In this document: piece after piece, positions 1 to 12,777 of the stretch
Numbering within the stretch: the stretch's first letter is position 1
Layout: each line of letters starts with the position of its first letter
NCBI GenBank assembly: GCA_976551045.1
Contig: CDPCPM010000241.1
Span: forward strand, 7,626,001 to 7,690,000
Reading direction: 5' to 3'
Source: Glaucostegus cemiculus
Lineage: Eukaryota
Length of the DNA stretch: 64,000 nt
Position numbers and translations under genes: made by a program
The notes under the pieces: model-generated
Database searches by the model: none
What the model saw: only the letters and a program-made list of their open reading frames with translations
What the model was told of the DNA's origin: nothing

Positions 1-528
1 CAATTTTTCTTTTTTCTGATCCATAATAGCATTGTTTATGTATGTTGTTACAGACCTGTTCTAATCTCTTGTAGTTAAAGTCTACAGATTACTTCTTTGG
101 TATCAGGAATAAACTAATCATCTGGGTTATGAATGCCTTTGCCTTCCACTTGTATCAATGAATCTCTACAATTTTCTATTGGCTGATGCATACAATTTAG
201 TAAATTTAAAAACAATGTATAAATAATAAACATACAAAAGATTTCATGTATGATATGTTATGTACCGAGGGTAACACTAGAATTGTCAGGATAACAGGTG
301 AACAATGGTAGTTGCATTATGTTCATTAATCAGTGTTTGATGTGAAGTAAATGTGGAAACACAGTGGGAATTCAGAACCTCATTCTGACTCTGTATGACC
401 AATGATTCTCTTATAGGATATAATAGTTGGTGGGAAATTATATTTTGAATAGTTTTGGACTTTATTTGCTTTGTTCTGTAGAGCTTTTAAATCATTGGAG
501 GTAATGCTATTGAATTATCTTGTTACAG

Positions 529-621
529 TCTTGGCCAGAATCGGTACCGTATGATGAGGCTTTGGCAAATCGCAAGACCATTTTAAGTTCCACTGAGAGC
601 CGCGAAGGTCTTTCGCAACAG
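529..621 (+). CDS. PPP1R21: PPP1R21 internal coding exon (SWPESVPYDEALANRKTILSSTESREGLSQQ)
   Basis: Acceptor ttacag at 523-528, donor gtaaag at 622; 93 bp, phase 0. Translation matches recalled human PPP1R21 ESVPYEEALANRRILLSSTESREGLAQQ. Confidence 0.93.
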
Positions 622-1148
622 GTAAAGATGCATCATGCATTGCTTCAGGAATTTTGGTATAAAAACCAACACTTAAATTCATTGATTCCCCTTGCAGTCA
701 TAAAATTAACCCATAATAAAACTGTGCAGTTAAAGACAATGTGACACAAATTTGCAACATGTCACTGGTTAACAAACTGAAATGCTAACTCTGTTTCTCT
801 CTCCACAGACACTATTTCCAGAATTTTCCACTTTTATTTCAGATATCCGGTTTCTGCAGTTTTTGCTTTTTGGTTACAAATTGATTTTGTCAGAATTAGT
901 GCATTAAAAAAAGTTTTGTTTAAAGTGAAGCTTATTTGCTTTAATGTTCCTGTGTGGTGCTTCTCGGGTGCATTGAGGGGCAAGGGATAAAAGTAGAGAG
1001 GCTTCTTCTGACTAATTTCCATTTAGTAGACCAGGCTAAATAGTCACACAGGAATAGTTCAGCCCTGCCCTTTCAGCTATGGTCTGGAAGATGGCACAGT
1101 TACCTAAAGAAGAAACTTGTAACCATGTAATTTTTCCAACTTATGTAG

Positions 1149-1403
1149 GTGCAACAAAGCCAAGAGAAGATAACAAAACTGGAGCAGGAGAAAGAGCACT
1201 GGATGTTGGAGGCTCAGTTAGCCAAAATAAAACTGGAGAAGGAGAGTCAGCGTATAAATGACCTAGAAAGTCAATACAGAGTAACACTTTCTGGACAGTT
1301 GCCTTCAATTGATTCTATACAAGCAAATGGATCTATCTCCAAAACTGAAGATTTGGAGCGTGCTGAAAAGGACTCTAAAGAACCAATCAGAAATGCTAGT
1401 CTA
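1149..1403 (+). CDS. PPP1R21: PPP1R21 internal coding exon (VQQSQEKITKLEQEKEHWMLEAQLAKIKLEKE...PIRNASL)
   Basis: Acceptor atgtag at 1143-1148, donor gtgagt at 1404; 255 bp in frame. KLEQEKEHWMLEAQLAKIKLEKE is characteristic of PPP1R21. Confidence 0.95.
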
Positions 1404-1912
1404 GTGAGTTTTTTTTTTAACTTAAATTCAGTGAGACTGAGAATTGAGCTGTATCTTGTAAAAAGAAAAATTTCAGACTCTTCCTGAAAATGAAACTGCA
1501 GGTCTATATACATAGGAATTCACTACCCTTCCAATGCCTACCCCTGCGGATGTTCTTCATGAATATGCCAAACCTAAGTTTCATTGGACTATTTTTACCA
1601 CCCCTGATCCCTTCCCTGATATCATTTCCACATCAGCCCCCTGCCACCTATCCAAATCACCCAAAGGCTGAAATCACTTCTAGTTTAGGTAAGAATATTG
1701 AATCTCTCAAGGCCATATTAATCCTTTGGTTCAGTTTTGATTTGAGCAGTAATTTACTAACAGATCTGTCAGAGAATCGCAACCCAGTGTCTTGAATGTA
1801 GGTAGTATAGAAATTTGAGATCATAATCTAAGTTATGCTTTTATGTATTGTTCATTGACCAAAACGGATTATTTTAAAGATGCTTCATCTCAAAACTAGA
1901 CATGCGATTGTG

Positions 1913-2090
1913 TAGATGCTGGAGTCTGGAGCAACACACAGAAAAAAATATGCTGGAGGAACTCAGCAGGTCAGGCAGCATATAGAGAAAAATAAACAGT
2001 CGATGTTTTGGGTTAAGACCCTTCATCAGGGCACTCTCTCTCTCCATAGATGCTGCCCGACCTGCTGAGTTTCCAGCACTTTGTGTTCCT
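1913..2090. mobile_element. Penelope-derived fold-back element with decayed hammerhead motif
   Basis: Inverted arms tgctggaggaactcagcaggtcaggcagcat / atgctgcccgacctgctgagtttccagca. Minus strand reads cctgatgaagggtcttaacccaaaacatcgactg. Confidence 0.7.
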
Positions 2091-2201
2091 CTCAAAACCA
2101 CATACTCAAGCAAGACATCTCCTTTTCCATGTGACATCTATTTAACATATTTTGGTAGCTTAAATTTGAACTTTAGACTGATTTGAATGTTTTTTTGTTA
2201 G

Positions 2202-2237
2202 GTTGGAATGCTGACCACTTACACAAATGACAATGAG
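2202..2237 (+). CDS. PPP1R21: PPP1R21 36-bp mini-exon (VGMLTTYTNDNE)
   Basis: T-rich acceptor ttttttgttag, donor gtacag at 2238; phase 0. Corresponds in position to recalled human IGTLTRTSDSE. Not in the ORF track. Confidence 0.85.
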
Positions 2238-2544
2238 GTACAGTAATGCCATTCAAGTTCTTAGTTAATTGAATTAAATGTACTAGAGATGCTTGCAATT
2301 CTTTGTATGAATGTACAAATGTTTGATTGTGACCGAGATGTGGAATTTATAAGAATTTAGGTGGTTAACTTTTGTTAGTTTAACATTAAATTGAGAGTTT
2401 TATGTAGAAAAGGATGTGAAATTTGAGTTCTGACTTTGTATGGACTAACTGTTTAATGCCATGCATAAAATATTTTTAATGCTGAAGTGAAACACAGGTC
2501 TTGAAGTTTCTCTGAGAAAGAATATCCCACGTGTGTACTCTTAG

Positions 2545-2661
2545 ATTCCAGATGGGGAGTCACGGGAACACTTGATCAAAAGTCACTACATGATGAGAGT
2601 GGCAGAACTAACATCACAGCTTCAAATAGCAGACAGCAAGTCGGTGCATTTTCATGCAGAG
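2545..2661 (+). CDS. PPP1R21: PPP1R21 coding exon (IPDGESREHLIKSHYMMRVAELTSQLQIADSKSVHFHAE)
   Basis: Acceptor ctcttag, donor gtaata at 2662; 117 bp. Matches recalled human VPDVESREDLIKNHYMARIVELTSQLQLADSKSVHFYAE. Confidence 0.94.
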
Positions 2662-4039
2662 GTAATACTAACGTAACAAGTTTGACATGTTGGACATTTT
2701 CACATCTTGGCATTTTATCAATTTTGTTCAAAGTGAAAGGTTTTTTTTCAACTAAAAAGTTTGTACATGTTGCACAGGAATTCAGATTCAATGAGTCTGC
2801 ATCTTTGCACTTTTTCAATGAAGAAAGAAACTATCTACATTTGTATGAAGTAATTCAAGACTTTTTCCCCCTCTCCTTCTCTGCTGTCTTACGCTCTACC
2901 CTTGTTACCACTATTTTGATATCATATTCTTCCCATGCCTCCTTTGGGCATCAACTCCAAGATGGGTTATAACTCATGCACAGTTACTGATTTGAGAAAT
3001 GAGTGACCAGCTGCGTCTGGTACTCTTTTCCTTACAGGCCACCAGGCCAGAACTCCAAAGTAGAATTGCCAGCTGAGCCTTGAACTTGCACTCTTCTCTA
3101 GTTTGTTGTCTCTTATCCCCTCTCTAGTTCCTCAATATCCATTGACCCACCTTCTGTTTATCTGACCCTATTTCCACAACTATTGATTATCCAAAATCCC
3201 TTCTTTGTCAGTTCTCTCAGGTGGTCTCCCTCCAAATTTGTCGTCATTACTCCCTAAAGTGAAAAAAGCAACTCTCAAAGTACCATTCTTCTCCTACTTC
3301 AGTACTGCAATAGCTCTTGGCAAAGTCACTCATGACACATTGTGTGATGATGACAGAAGTGATCCATTCATCCTTATCGATAACCTTTGCAATTGATTGC
3401 AAAATTGTCTCATTGCCTCTCCACTGTAATCCAGTTGTGTATGAATATTCTCACATGGTTCTGTTATCTAAATAACCACGTGCACGATCTTTGGTATTTC
3501 CCAAAGATCAGTCCTTGACTCCTATTTCTCATATGCGTGCTGCCCTTCAAAGTCATACAAAAATACTCAATTTTCACAAGTATACTAATTACAGCCACAC
3601 CACCTCTTATTCAACTTGGTTGCTCGATTGTCTAATACACTAATGCCACCAAATTTGCCACGCACTCAACACTCTTGGCCGTTCCATTGTCTCGGAATTG
3701 TTAAACTGTCTGTCTGTCAGTACTGGATAAGCAGAGATTTTCTACAAGTAATAGTTTGGAAGACTGAAACTGTTGTCTGTATTGCCTGTTGCAATCTATT
3801 CCCTGACTACTGACTTCATTCCTCTTTGTAGAAACCATCTAAAACTGATCCAGAAACTTTGTAACCTATATATCATGTTCAACCCTGAAATGTGTAATGC
3901 CTGTCTGCCCACACACCTGCCACCACCTGTCCTATTTGTGGAAGAATCTGCACTTTGGCCTCATTATCCACCTCAACTCGTAACTGGAATGGAAGTCCGT
4001 CTTTATCCCAAGGAACTGTCCAAGAACTCTTGGAGGGCT

Positions 4040-4815
4040 GTATTGCCTGAAGTGGAGGCACTCACTGATTGAACAATGTTCATCTCTATTCACAACTCCT
4101 TAACACATGAACAGTCCTCTCCTACATTGCCACATTCACACCTGAGTTGTTGGGTAATATTTGCGGCACAAAAATTCTAGATAATAACCATATACAACAA
4201 AGACTCTAAACACCTACTCCTGACTTTCAATGACATTACTATTGCCAATTCCCCATTATCAAAATGCTGGGTTCAACAATGACCAGAAGCTCAACTGGGC
4301 CAGCCGCATAAATTCCTTAGCTATGAATGCAGGTAGTAATTTCCCTGCTGGCACTCAAAACCTTTTCCATCATTTGCCAAATGCAAGTCAAGAGTGATGA
4401 AATGCACACCCCTTGCCTGGATGAGTGCAGCTGTGATAGTTCTCAAAAAGCTTGGTGTCATCCAGGATAAAGCAGCCCACTTGATTAGAACTACTGTGTG
4501 TACCCACTATAAAATGCATTGAACTTGCTTGACTCAGCAACATTAATTGACTTGCCAAACCCATGACTTCTAACACCAAGAAGGATAAGGGCTTAAGACA
4601 CATTTGAATGCTGAACCTGTATATTCCCCCATGAAGTCGCACACCATCCTGACTTGGAAGTATCTTTTTTTCCAACATCACAGGGCCTAGGTTGTGCAAC
4701 TTTACCAAATAATCCTGTGGGATAGACTTTACCACCATCTTTTGAGGGCAATTAGTGATAAGCAATAAATGCTACTGTTGGCAGCAATACCCAGATCTTG
4801 AAAAATGAATGAATA
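4040..4815 (+). mobile_element. Old L2/CR1-group LINE 3' fragment
   Basis: Ends gggcaattagtgataagcaataaatgct...gaatgaataaaa. The same tail occurs at 23109-23165. Confidence 0.55.
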
Positions 4816-4829
4816 AAATAAGTTCTGTC

Positions 4830-5050
4830 CTTTTGGACAAGTTGTTAAATTGGGGTGTTACCTGCAGTTCTGGTGGGTGTAAAAGATGGCACTAATTTGA
4901 GAAAGAGTGCATGTGTCATTCCCAGTGTTTTGAACAATGTTTATCCCACTCTTTACTTCAAACAGAGTATCAAATTATCATTGCATGATTGCTGTGAATT
5001 ATAAATCACAATGGAATTATCTCAGGGCAGTGAAAGATACTGTATGAATT
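4830..5050 (+). mobile_element. Degraded DeuSINE-like fragment
   Basis: gttaaattggggt...ggtgggtgtaaaagatggcactaatttgagaaagag...aatgtttatcccact resembles the recalled Deu domain. Confidence 0.4.
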
Positions 5051-5457
5051 TTTATTAATTTTTAAGGAGTGTCATCAAATATTTCAAATCCAATGTACTC
5101 CAGCTGCATTGTGGCAGTTTGCAAACTACAGATGGTTCCTTGTAACACTGGTAATGCTCAAAGCATTCCCTGGAATGAGAGTGCTAACAGAATCAGCAAC
5201 TGAAAAAATCAACATGGTATTATGTTTATCTATTATGTAAATGTGTTACTGAAGGCACTGCTGTGCTGGGATCTTGACACAAAGCCCTGCTTTCCTTGTT
5301 GCAGGGAGCCTGGTCAAGAGCTGAGTCCTCTGCTGGCTCTCCTGCAGCAATGAAATGGGGTTGCTGGCCTCTGTTTGGACTTCTAAACCCAGAATGTTAT
5401 GGTATAATTGACTGAGGTTGAAAGTGCTAATACTGAATTATTCTTTTAAATTTGCAG

Positions 5458-5556
5458 TGCAGAGCCCTTGCTAAACGCTTAGCACTTGCAGAGAGGTCCA
5501 GAGAAATCCTCTCAGAAGAAGTAAAAGTTGCCAATCAGAACATTGTGCGATTGCAG
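5458..5556 (+). CDS. PPP1R21: PPP1R21 coding exon (CRALAKRLALAERSREILSEEVKVANQNIVRLQ)
   Basis: Acceptor tttgcag, donor gtagga at 5557; 99 bp. Matches recalled human CRALSKRLALAEKSKEALTEEMKLASQNISRLQ. Confidence 0.94.
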
Positions 5557-6681
5557 GTAGGAAAGAAATACAAGTCCATGGTGGTAGTATTATGGCTAAC
5601 TATTTACAACAGCAAGTGAGCTTTGTGTGCACTTTCTTGCCTAGATGTGCGTGTTCGTGAATTAAAATGTAGAGTGGTATTTCTAGTTCATAGAATCATA
5701 GTTACAGCAGAGGTGATGGTCAGTCAGCCCATGGAATCGGTGCCAGCTCCTTGCTGAGCAATCCCGTCAGCCCCTAATTCTGATCATACAAATTGGCAAC
5801 AGAAGTAGACCACTCAGCCCCTCGTGTCTGCTCCCCCAATTAATTAAAGATCATAGCTGATCTGATTATAAACTCAATTCTGTATTCCTGCCTACCTCTC
5901 CATAGTGTAGTACCCCCACCACCCCCCATCAAGAATCTATCTAATTCTGCTTTAAAAATATTCAAAGACTCTGCTTCCACTGCCCTTTTGAGGAAAATAA
6001 TTCCCATGGCTTGGTACCCTCATGAGAGGAAAATAATGTCACCTCAACTCTGTCTTAAGTCGATGATTCTTATTATTAAAACTAACTTGGTCCCAGACTC
6101 TTCCACAAGAGAAAGCATCCTCTTTGCATCCTGTTTCCCATCCACCCGTGAGGAACACACAAGAATTTGTTTCACCTCAAGTTGCCTTTCACTGATCTAA
6201 ACTGCAGCAGGTATAAACTGCAGATGTTATAATCTGGAGCAAAAGACAAACTCCTTGGGAACTCTGGGTCAGTAAGCATCTGTGGAGACAAAAGGATGAT
6301 TGACATTTTGGGTCAAAGACCTGCATCAGATTGTTCTACATCTCTCTGTCAAAGTATACTCATTCTCTTTTCCCTATCTGCACCTACATATCAGACATGT
6401 AATTAGGTATAATGAGGTTATTTACCAGTCTTGGTTCAACTTCATTCTGAACAAGTTGCATGTCAATCTATTTATTCCTAGACCTCAACTGTATCACAAT
6501 ATTTAATATTTACAAATTTGCTAAATGACATTTGTATATCTAATTTTGAATAATAGCATTTGCAGACCAAAATGACCTATTACCACATCATGGGCACTGC
6601 TCTTATGACTGGAACTCACTGAAAATTATTATCTGTCCACATATTGCTGATGATCTTGCTTAATTTGCAATCTGCCTCACC

Positions 6682-9600
6682 ATAGACAATAGGTGCAGAA
6701 GTAGACCATTCGAGTCTGCATCGCCATTTTGAAATCATGGCTGATCATAACAATCAATATCCTGTGCCTGCTTTGTCCCCATATCCCTTGATTCCCTCAT
6801 CCACAAAAAACTTGTCTAGCTCCTTCTTGAAAATGTCCAGAGAATTGGCCTCCACTGCCTTCCGAGGCAGCGCATTCCACAAATTCACAACCCTCTGGGA
6901 GAAGAAGTTTTTCCTCACCTCTGTCCTAAATGGCCTACCCCTTATTCTTAAATCATGCCCTCTGGTCCTGGACTTCCCCAACATCTGGAACATATTTCCT
7001 GTCTCCATCTTGCCCAATCCCTTAATAATCTTGTATGTTTCAATCAGATCCCCTCTCAATCTTCTCAATTCCAGCGTGTACAATCCCAGTCTCTCCAACC
7101 TCTCAGCATAAGACAGTCCCGACATCCCCAGAATTAACCTCGTAAACCTCCGCTGCACGCCCTCTATAGCCAGGATATCCTTCCTTAACCCTGGAGACCA
7201 AAACTGTACAGAATACTCCAGGAGTGGTCTCACCAGGGCCCTGTACAAATGCAAAAGAATCTCTTTGCTTTTGTACTCAATTCCCCTTGTAATACAGGCC
7301 AACATTCCATTAGCCTTCATCACTGCCTGCTGCACTTGCTCATTCACTTTCAGTGACTGAAGAACAAGGACTCCTAGATCCCTTTGTATTTCCCCCTTAC
7401 CTAACTCCACACCATTCAGATAATAATCAGCCTTCCTGTTCCGGCTCCCAAAGTGGATAACCTCACACTTATCCACATTAAACTTCATCTGCCAAGTATC
7501 TGCCCACTCACCCAACCTATCCAAGTCACCTTGAATTCTCCTAACTTCCTCTACACATGTCGCACTGCCACCCAACTTTGTATCATCAGCAAACTTGCTA
7601 ATGTTATTCTCAATGCCTTCATCTAAATCATTAACATAGATCGTAAACAGCTGCGGTCCCAGCACTGAGCCCTGTGGCACCCCACTAGTCACGGCCTGCC
7701 ATTCTGAGAAACATCCATTCACCCCTACCCTTTGTTTCCTATCAGCCAACCAGTTTTCTATCCATGATAATACCCTCCCCCCCCCCCAATTCCATGAGCC
7801 CCAATTTTACCCACCAATCTCCTGTGCGGCACCTTATCAAATGCCCTCTGAAAGTTGAGGTACTCCACATCCACCGACTCACCCCCGTGCATTTTCCTCG
7901 TTACATCCTCAAAGAACTCTAGTAGATTAGTCAAGCATAATTTGCCCTTGGTAAATCAATGTTGACTCGACCCAATCCTATCATTGCTAGCCAAATATGT
8001 CGCTTTTTCATCCTTAATAATGGACTCTAGCATCTTCCCCACCACAGATGTTAGGCTGACTGGACGATAGTTCCCTGTTTTCTCCCTCCCTCCTTTCTTA
8101 AAAAGTGGGATAACATTATCCTTTCTCCAATCCTCAGGAACTGACCCCGAATCTAAGGAACATCGGAAAATGATCACCAATGCATCCACAATTTCCAGAG
8201 CCACCTCCTTTAGTACCCTGGGATGCAGACCATCTGGGCCTGGGGATTTGTCATCCTTCAGTCCCATTAGTCTACCCATCACCGTTTCTTTCCTAATGTC
8301 AATCCACTTCAGTTCCTCCATCACCCTCTGCCTTTTGTCCATCCGTACCTCTGGGAGATTTCTTACGTCTTCTTCAGTGAAGACAGATCCAAAGATTAAA
8401 TTTGACTGCCATCTCCCTGTTTCCCATAATAATTTCACCCGATTCTGTCTTCAAGGGTCCAACATTGTTCCTAACTAACTTCTTTCCCTTCACATACCTA
8501 AAAAAGCTTTTGCTATCCTCCTTTATATTCCTGGCTAGCTTGCCTTCGTACCTCATTTTTTTCTCCCCAAATTACCTTCTTAGTTCTATTCTGCTGCTCC
8601 TTAAAAATTACCCAATCTTCTATCTTCCCACTCTGCGTAGCTCTGCCATACCTCTTCCTTTTTAACACTATGCTATCTCTGACTTCCTTTGTCAACCACG
8701 GTGGCCCCTTTCCCTTCTTTGAGTCTTTCCTTCTCTGGTGAATGAACTGATCCTGCACCTTATGCATTATTCCCAGGAATACCTGCCATTGCTGTTCCAC
8801 TGTCAATTCTGCTAGGATGCCCGTCCAGTCAACTTTAGCCAGCTCCTCCCTCATGGCTCCATAGTCTCCTTTGTTCAAATGCAATAATGTCCCTTCTGAT
8901 TTGCCCTTTTCCCTCTCCACTTGCAGATAAAAACTTATCATATTATGGTCACTACCTCCCAATGGCTCCTTTACTTAGAGTTCCCTTATCAAATCCTGCT
9001 CATTACACAGCACTAAATCCAGAATAGCCTTCTCCCTGGTCAGCTCTCATACCAGCTGCTCCAAGAATGCATCCCAGAGGCACTCTATAAACTCCCTTTC
9101 CTGGGGTCCAGTACCAGCTTGATTTTCCCAGTCCACTTGCATATTGAAATCCCCCATAACTACCGTGACATTACTCCTGCCACATGCCAACATTAACTCA
9201 CTATTCAGCTTGCACCTAATATCCATGCCGCTGTTCGGAGGCCTGTAGATAACACCCATTAGGGTCTTTTTGTCCTTACGGTTCCTCAGTTCTATCCACA
9301 CTGACTCTACTTCTCCTGATTCAATGTCCCCCCCTTGCAAGGGACTGGATCTCATTCCTCACCAACCGGGCCACCCCAACCCCTCTGCCCACCTTCCTGT
9401 CCTTATGATAGCATGTATACCCTTGAAAATTCATTTCCCAGGTCTGATCTCCCTGCAGCCATGTCTCTGTTATCCCAACAACATCATACTTACCCATTCG
9501 TATCTGAGCTTCAAGCTCACCTACCTTATTCCTGACACTCCGTGCATTCAGATTTAGGATTTTTAACCCATTTCTCCTCTCTCCACTCGTATTAATGCTC

Positions 9601-10325
9601 CTAAATTGTGTAGTTCCCACCTGTCCTCTACCCTCCATCTCACTATCCTCTCTCTCATTCTGTATCCCCTCCCCCTGCAAATTTAGTTTAAACTCTTCCC
9701 CCCCCCCCCCCCCCCCCCCCCCCGAGCAGCACTAGCAAACCTTCCTGCAAGAATGTCAGTACCCCTCCAGTTCAGGTGTAAACCATCCCATTGGAACAGA
9801 TCCCATCTTCCCTGGAACAAACCCCAATTATCCAAAAACCTGAAGCCCTCCCTCTCGCACCATCCCCTCAGCCACGTATTAATCTGCCTAATCTTCCTAT
9901 TCCTCTCCTCACTCTCACGTGGCACAGGTAGCAATCCTGAGATTGTTACCCTTGATGTCCTGCCCCTCAACCTAGCACCTAACTCCCTGAACTCCTTACG
10001 CAGGACCTCCTCTCTTTTCCTGTCCACGTCGTTAGTCCCTACATGGACCACAACATCTGGGTTCACGCCCTCCCTCCTGAGAATAACCTGAACCTGATCT
10101 GAGATATCCCAGACCCTGGCACCAAGGAGGCAACAGACCATCCAGAGTTCCCAATCTTCCCCGCAGAATATCCCATCTGTCCCCCTGACTGTAGAATCCC
10201 CTATCACTACCGTTCTCCTCTCTTCCTTCCTCCCCTTCTGTGTTGAGGGTCCACTCTCAGTGCCAGAGACCAGACCACCACAACTAGTTCCTGTTAGGTC
10301 ATCCCCACCAACATTATCCAAAGCA
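6682..10325 (-). mobile_element. 5'-truncated CR1-clade LINE with frameshifted ORF2 (APE endonuclease + RT) and partial ORF1
   Basis: ORF fragments: LNARSVRNK, GITETWL, VMGDFN, GGSDH (endonuclease); KSPGPDGLHPR, NYRPVSLTS, SGVPQGSVLGP, KFADDTKL (RT). Short ctattgt tail at 6682-6692. Confidence 0.93.
9683..10321 (-). pseudogene. CR1 ORF1 C-terminal SGNH/GDSL esterase domain
   Basis: Blocks VIGDS, HVGTND and DGLH are all present. Esterase-containing ORF1 is established for CR1 elements. Confidence 0.85.
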
Positions 10326-10819
10326 TGGGGGCAATTTCCATATACAGTCCCTTTCTATCTTTGTATCAAAAATTCATGGAAATTTTAGTAAATCTTGTCT
10401 ACTATAGCCTGCAATAGATGTAACACTCCATTTTTATGACTTATTCCATGTCCATGTTCATGCACAGAGTGTTGCATAACTAAATTATTCTTAAATCAAG
10501 GTGAAAAAATTGCAAATAATTTTAATTGTCTGGGTTCATATGCTCTCGATTATTACATTTCCATTTAGCTTTTTCAGTCTGTCACATTTAAAATAAAATA
10601 TGACAGCTGGCATTTGGAATGCTGGATTATTTGAGTTCAACATCCAAAAAGTAAATCATTGCCATGTGCAGCTAGCATAATTTATGTGGAATGGTGAAAC
10701 CAGAAATTTTTGAGATTTTTTGGAGGATCCATTTGAGCTGGATTATTGATGGTTAGAGACAGGATTTCACAACATTTTGAAGGAGTCACATAGTTAAGTC
10801 CATGGTTGTATCAAAAAAT

Positions 10820-11712
10820 TCAGAATCAGTTTTATTGTCACAACCATATATACACACACAGCATGCATAGGAGTGAGATACTGTACTCCACAGGTGCACG
10901 CCACATTAAATATTAAACAGAAGAGACACACAGACAGAAAGACTGAAAAACATTAGAACCACAAAAATTAAATTATGCAACTTAAATAGTCTTAAAATGA
11001 GCGAACTGGCAGCGGACATTTAAAGTGCTGGTGTGTTTCTGAACGCCTAGCATCCTTTAGTGTTGGCAGGAGAGATGGAGGGATGAGGGAGTTCACAGAT
11101 CTAATGGCTTGTGGGAAGAAGCTATTACAGTCTGGTTGTTCTCACCCTGATGCACTTGAGCCTTCTTCCAGATGGCAGGAGTGTGAAGAGATGATGGGAG
11201 GGGTGAGAAGGATCTGACATTATATTTTTGGCCTTCCTAACACATCGGTCCTTGTATATGTCTGCAATGGAGGGTAGAGAGACACCTGTGATCTTCTCCG
11301 CTGCCCTCACTATCCTGTGGAGGGACTTCCGTCCAGCGGCTGAGCAGCTCCCAAACCAGACAGTGATACATTGAGTTAGGATGCTCTCGATAGTCCCTCT
11401 ATAAAAAGTTTTCATTACCGAGGGATAGGAGTTCACTTTCCTCAGTCTCCGCAGGAATTAGAGGTGTTTCTGGGCTTTCTTAGTGAGGGCCGTGGTGTTA
11501 GTGGACCAGGTCAGGTCATCAGTGATGTGCACCCCCAGGAACTTGGTGCTGCTGACTTGTTCTACCGCAGACCCGTTGATGGTCAGCGGGGCATGCACAC
11601 GGCGACCTCTCCTGAAATCCACTATCATCTCTTTGGTTTTTTCCACATTCAAGGAGAGGTTATTGTTTCTGCACCACATGGCCAGTTACTTCACCTCTTC
11701 TCTGTAGTCCGA
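10820..11712 (-). mobile_element. Rex1/Rex-Babar-like LINE 3' fragment
   Basis: WCRNNNLSLNVEKTKEMIVDFRR, FLGVHITDDLTWS, FYRGTIESILTQCITVWFG; (CTGATT)n tail. Close paralog at 47274-48262. Confidence 0.85.
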
Positions 11713-12777
11713 CTCACTGTAGATACTGGAAACACTCAGCAGGCCGGAGAGAGGCAGAATCAATGCCCTAGGCTAAGAACACTTTTGTCAGAAAAAGGGT
11801 CTTTGATCTGGGGTGTTGGATCTGCTTTTCTCTCTCTATGGTTGCTGCCTGGCTTGCTGTATGTTTTTAACATTTTCTGTTCTTGTTTCTGTAGAAGTGA
11901 ATTGCATTCTGTTTTAGACACTGAAATCATGATTCAAAACATCCACAGCAGAAGTTGTGATAACCATCAATGAAAACAGTGCAAAAACAGAAACTTATTA
12001 GACCATTAAATGAAAAGTAATTCAACACAAATCAGAAGTTTTAGTGTATTAAGTTAGAATGATTTGACCACTTCATTCTTTTAGGGTGTATGCAGGTGTT
12101 GGTTGGTATCTATTATTCTAGATATGGTATCAGTCAAACAAGGAATAGATACAACCTATCTAAACCGTTGATATTTTTTAAAGGGTATATTGAAAACAAT
12201 TGTGATTCTAAGTGGTATTTTTTCCAATTATATTGGTGAGAATAAATGTTTTTAGTTACATATCAGGATATTTTTCAAATATAAATGGTGGTACCTTTTT
12301 GAAAATTTTGAAGGCAAAATGGTTAAGAAGTTATAGTTCACTTAAATGTTAGGACTGCATTCTTATCCACCACAGTCCCCAACACAAACTTGAGTTGTGC
12401 CAGAGACTGCATACTTAATTAAAACTGTATCACCCATTAGTCAGTGCTGAAATCAGCTGGGAAGGTTAACAGCCTTGGGGCCCAATTAGGCTTGTAATGT
12501 GGCTAGGGAAGGCACTGGAGCCTATGCTTGTCATAGTGGGGATAAGGGAGCAAGGGTAGATCACACAGCATGGAACCTGGCCTTTTGGACCATTGAGTCC
12601 ATGCTGACTGAATACCCATTTACACTGATCCTTTACTAATCCCATTTTATTCTATCCACATTCCCATCAACTCTGTCCATTGGTTGGAGTTTGAAGATCA
12701 GAGCCTTTGATGGGAAGTGGAACTGCAAGTCTGTGCTTTGAGGAATGATATGTTCAGGATGGAGATTGAATGCCATT

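Noticed and set aside
6754-7749. 331-aa RT ORF as a functional or domesticated gene
   Set aside because: It is only the C-terminal part of a CR1 ORF2; upstream parts are frameshifted.
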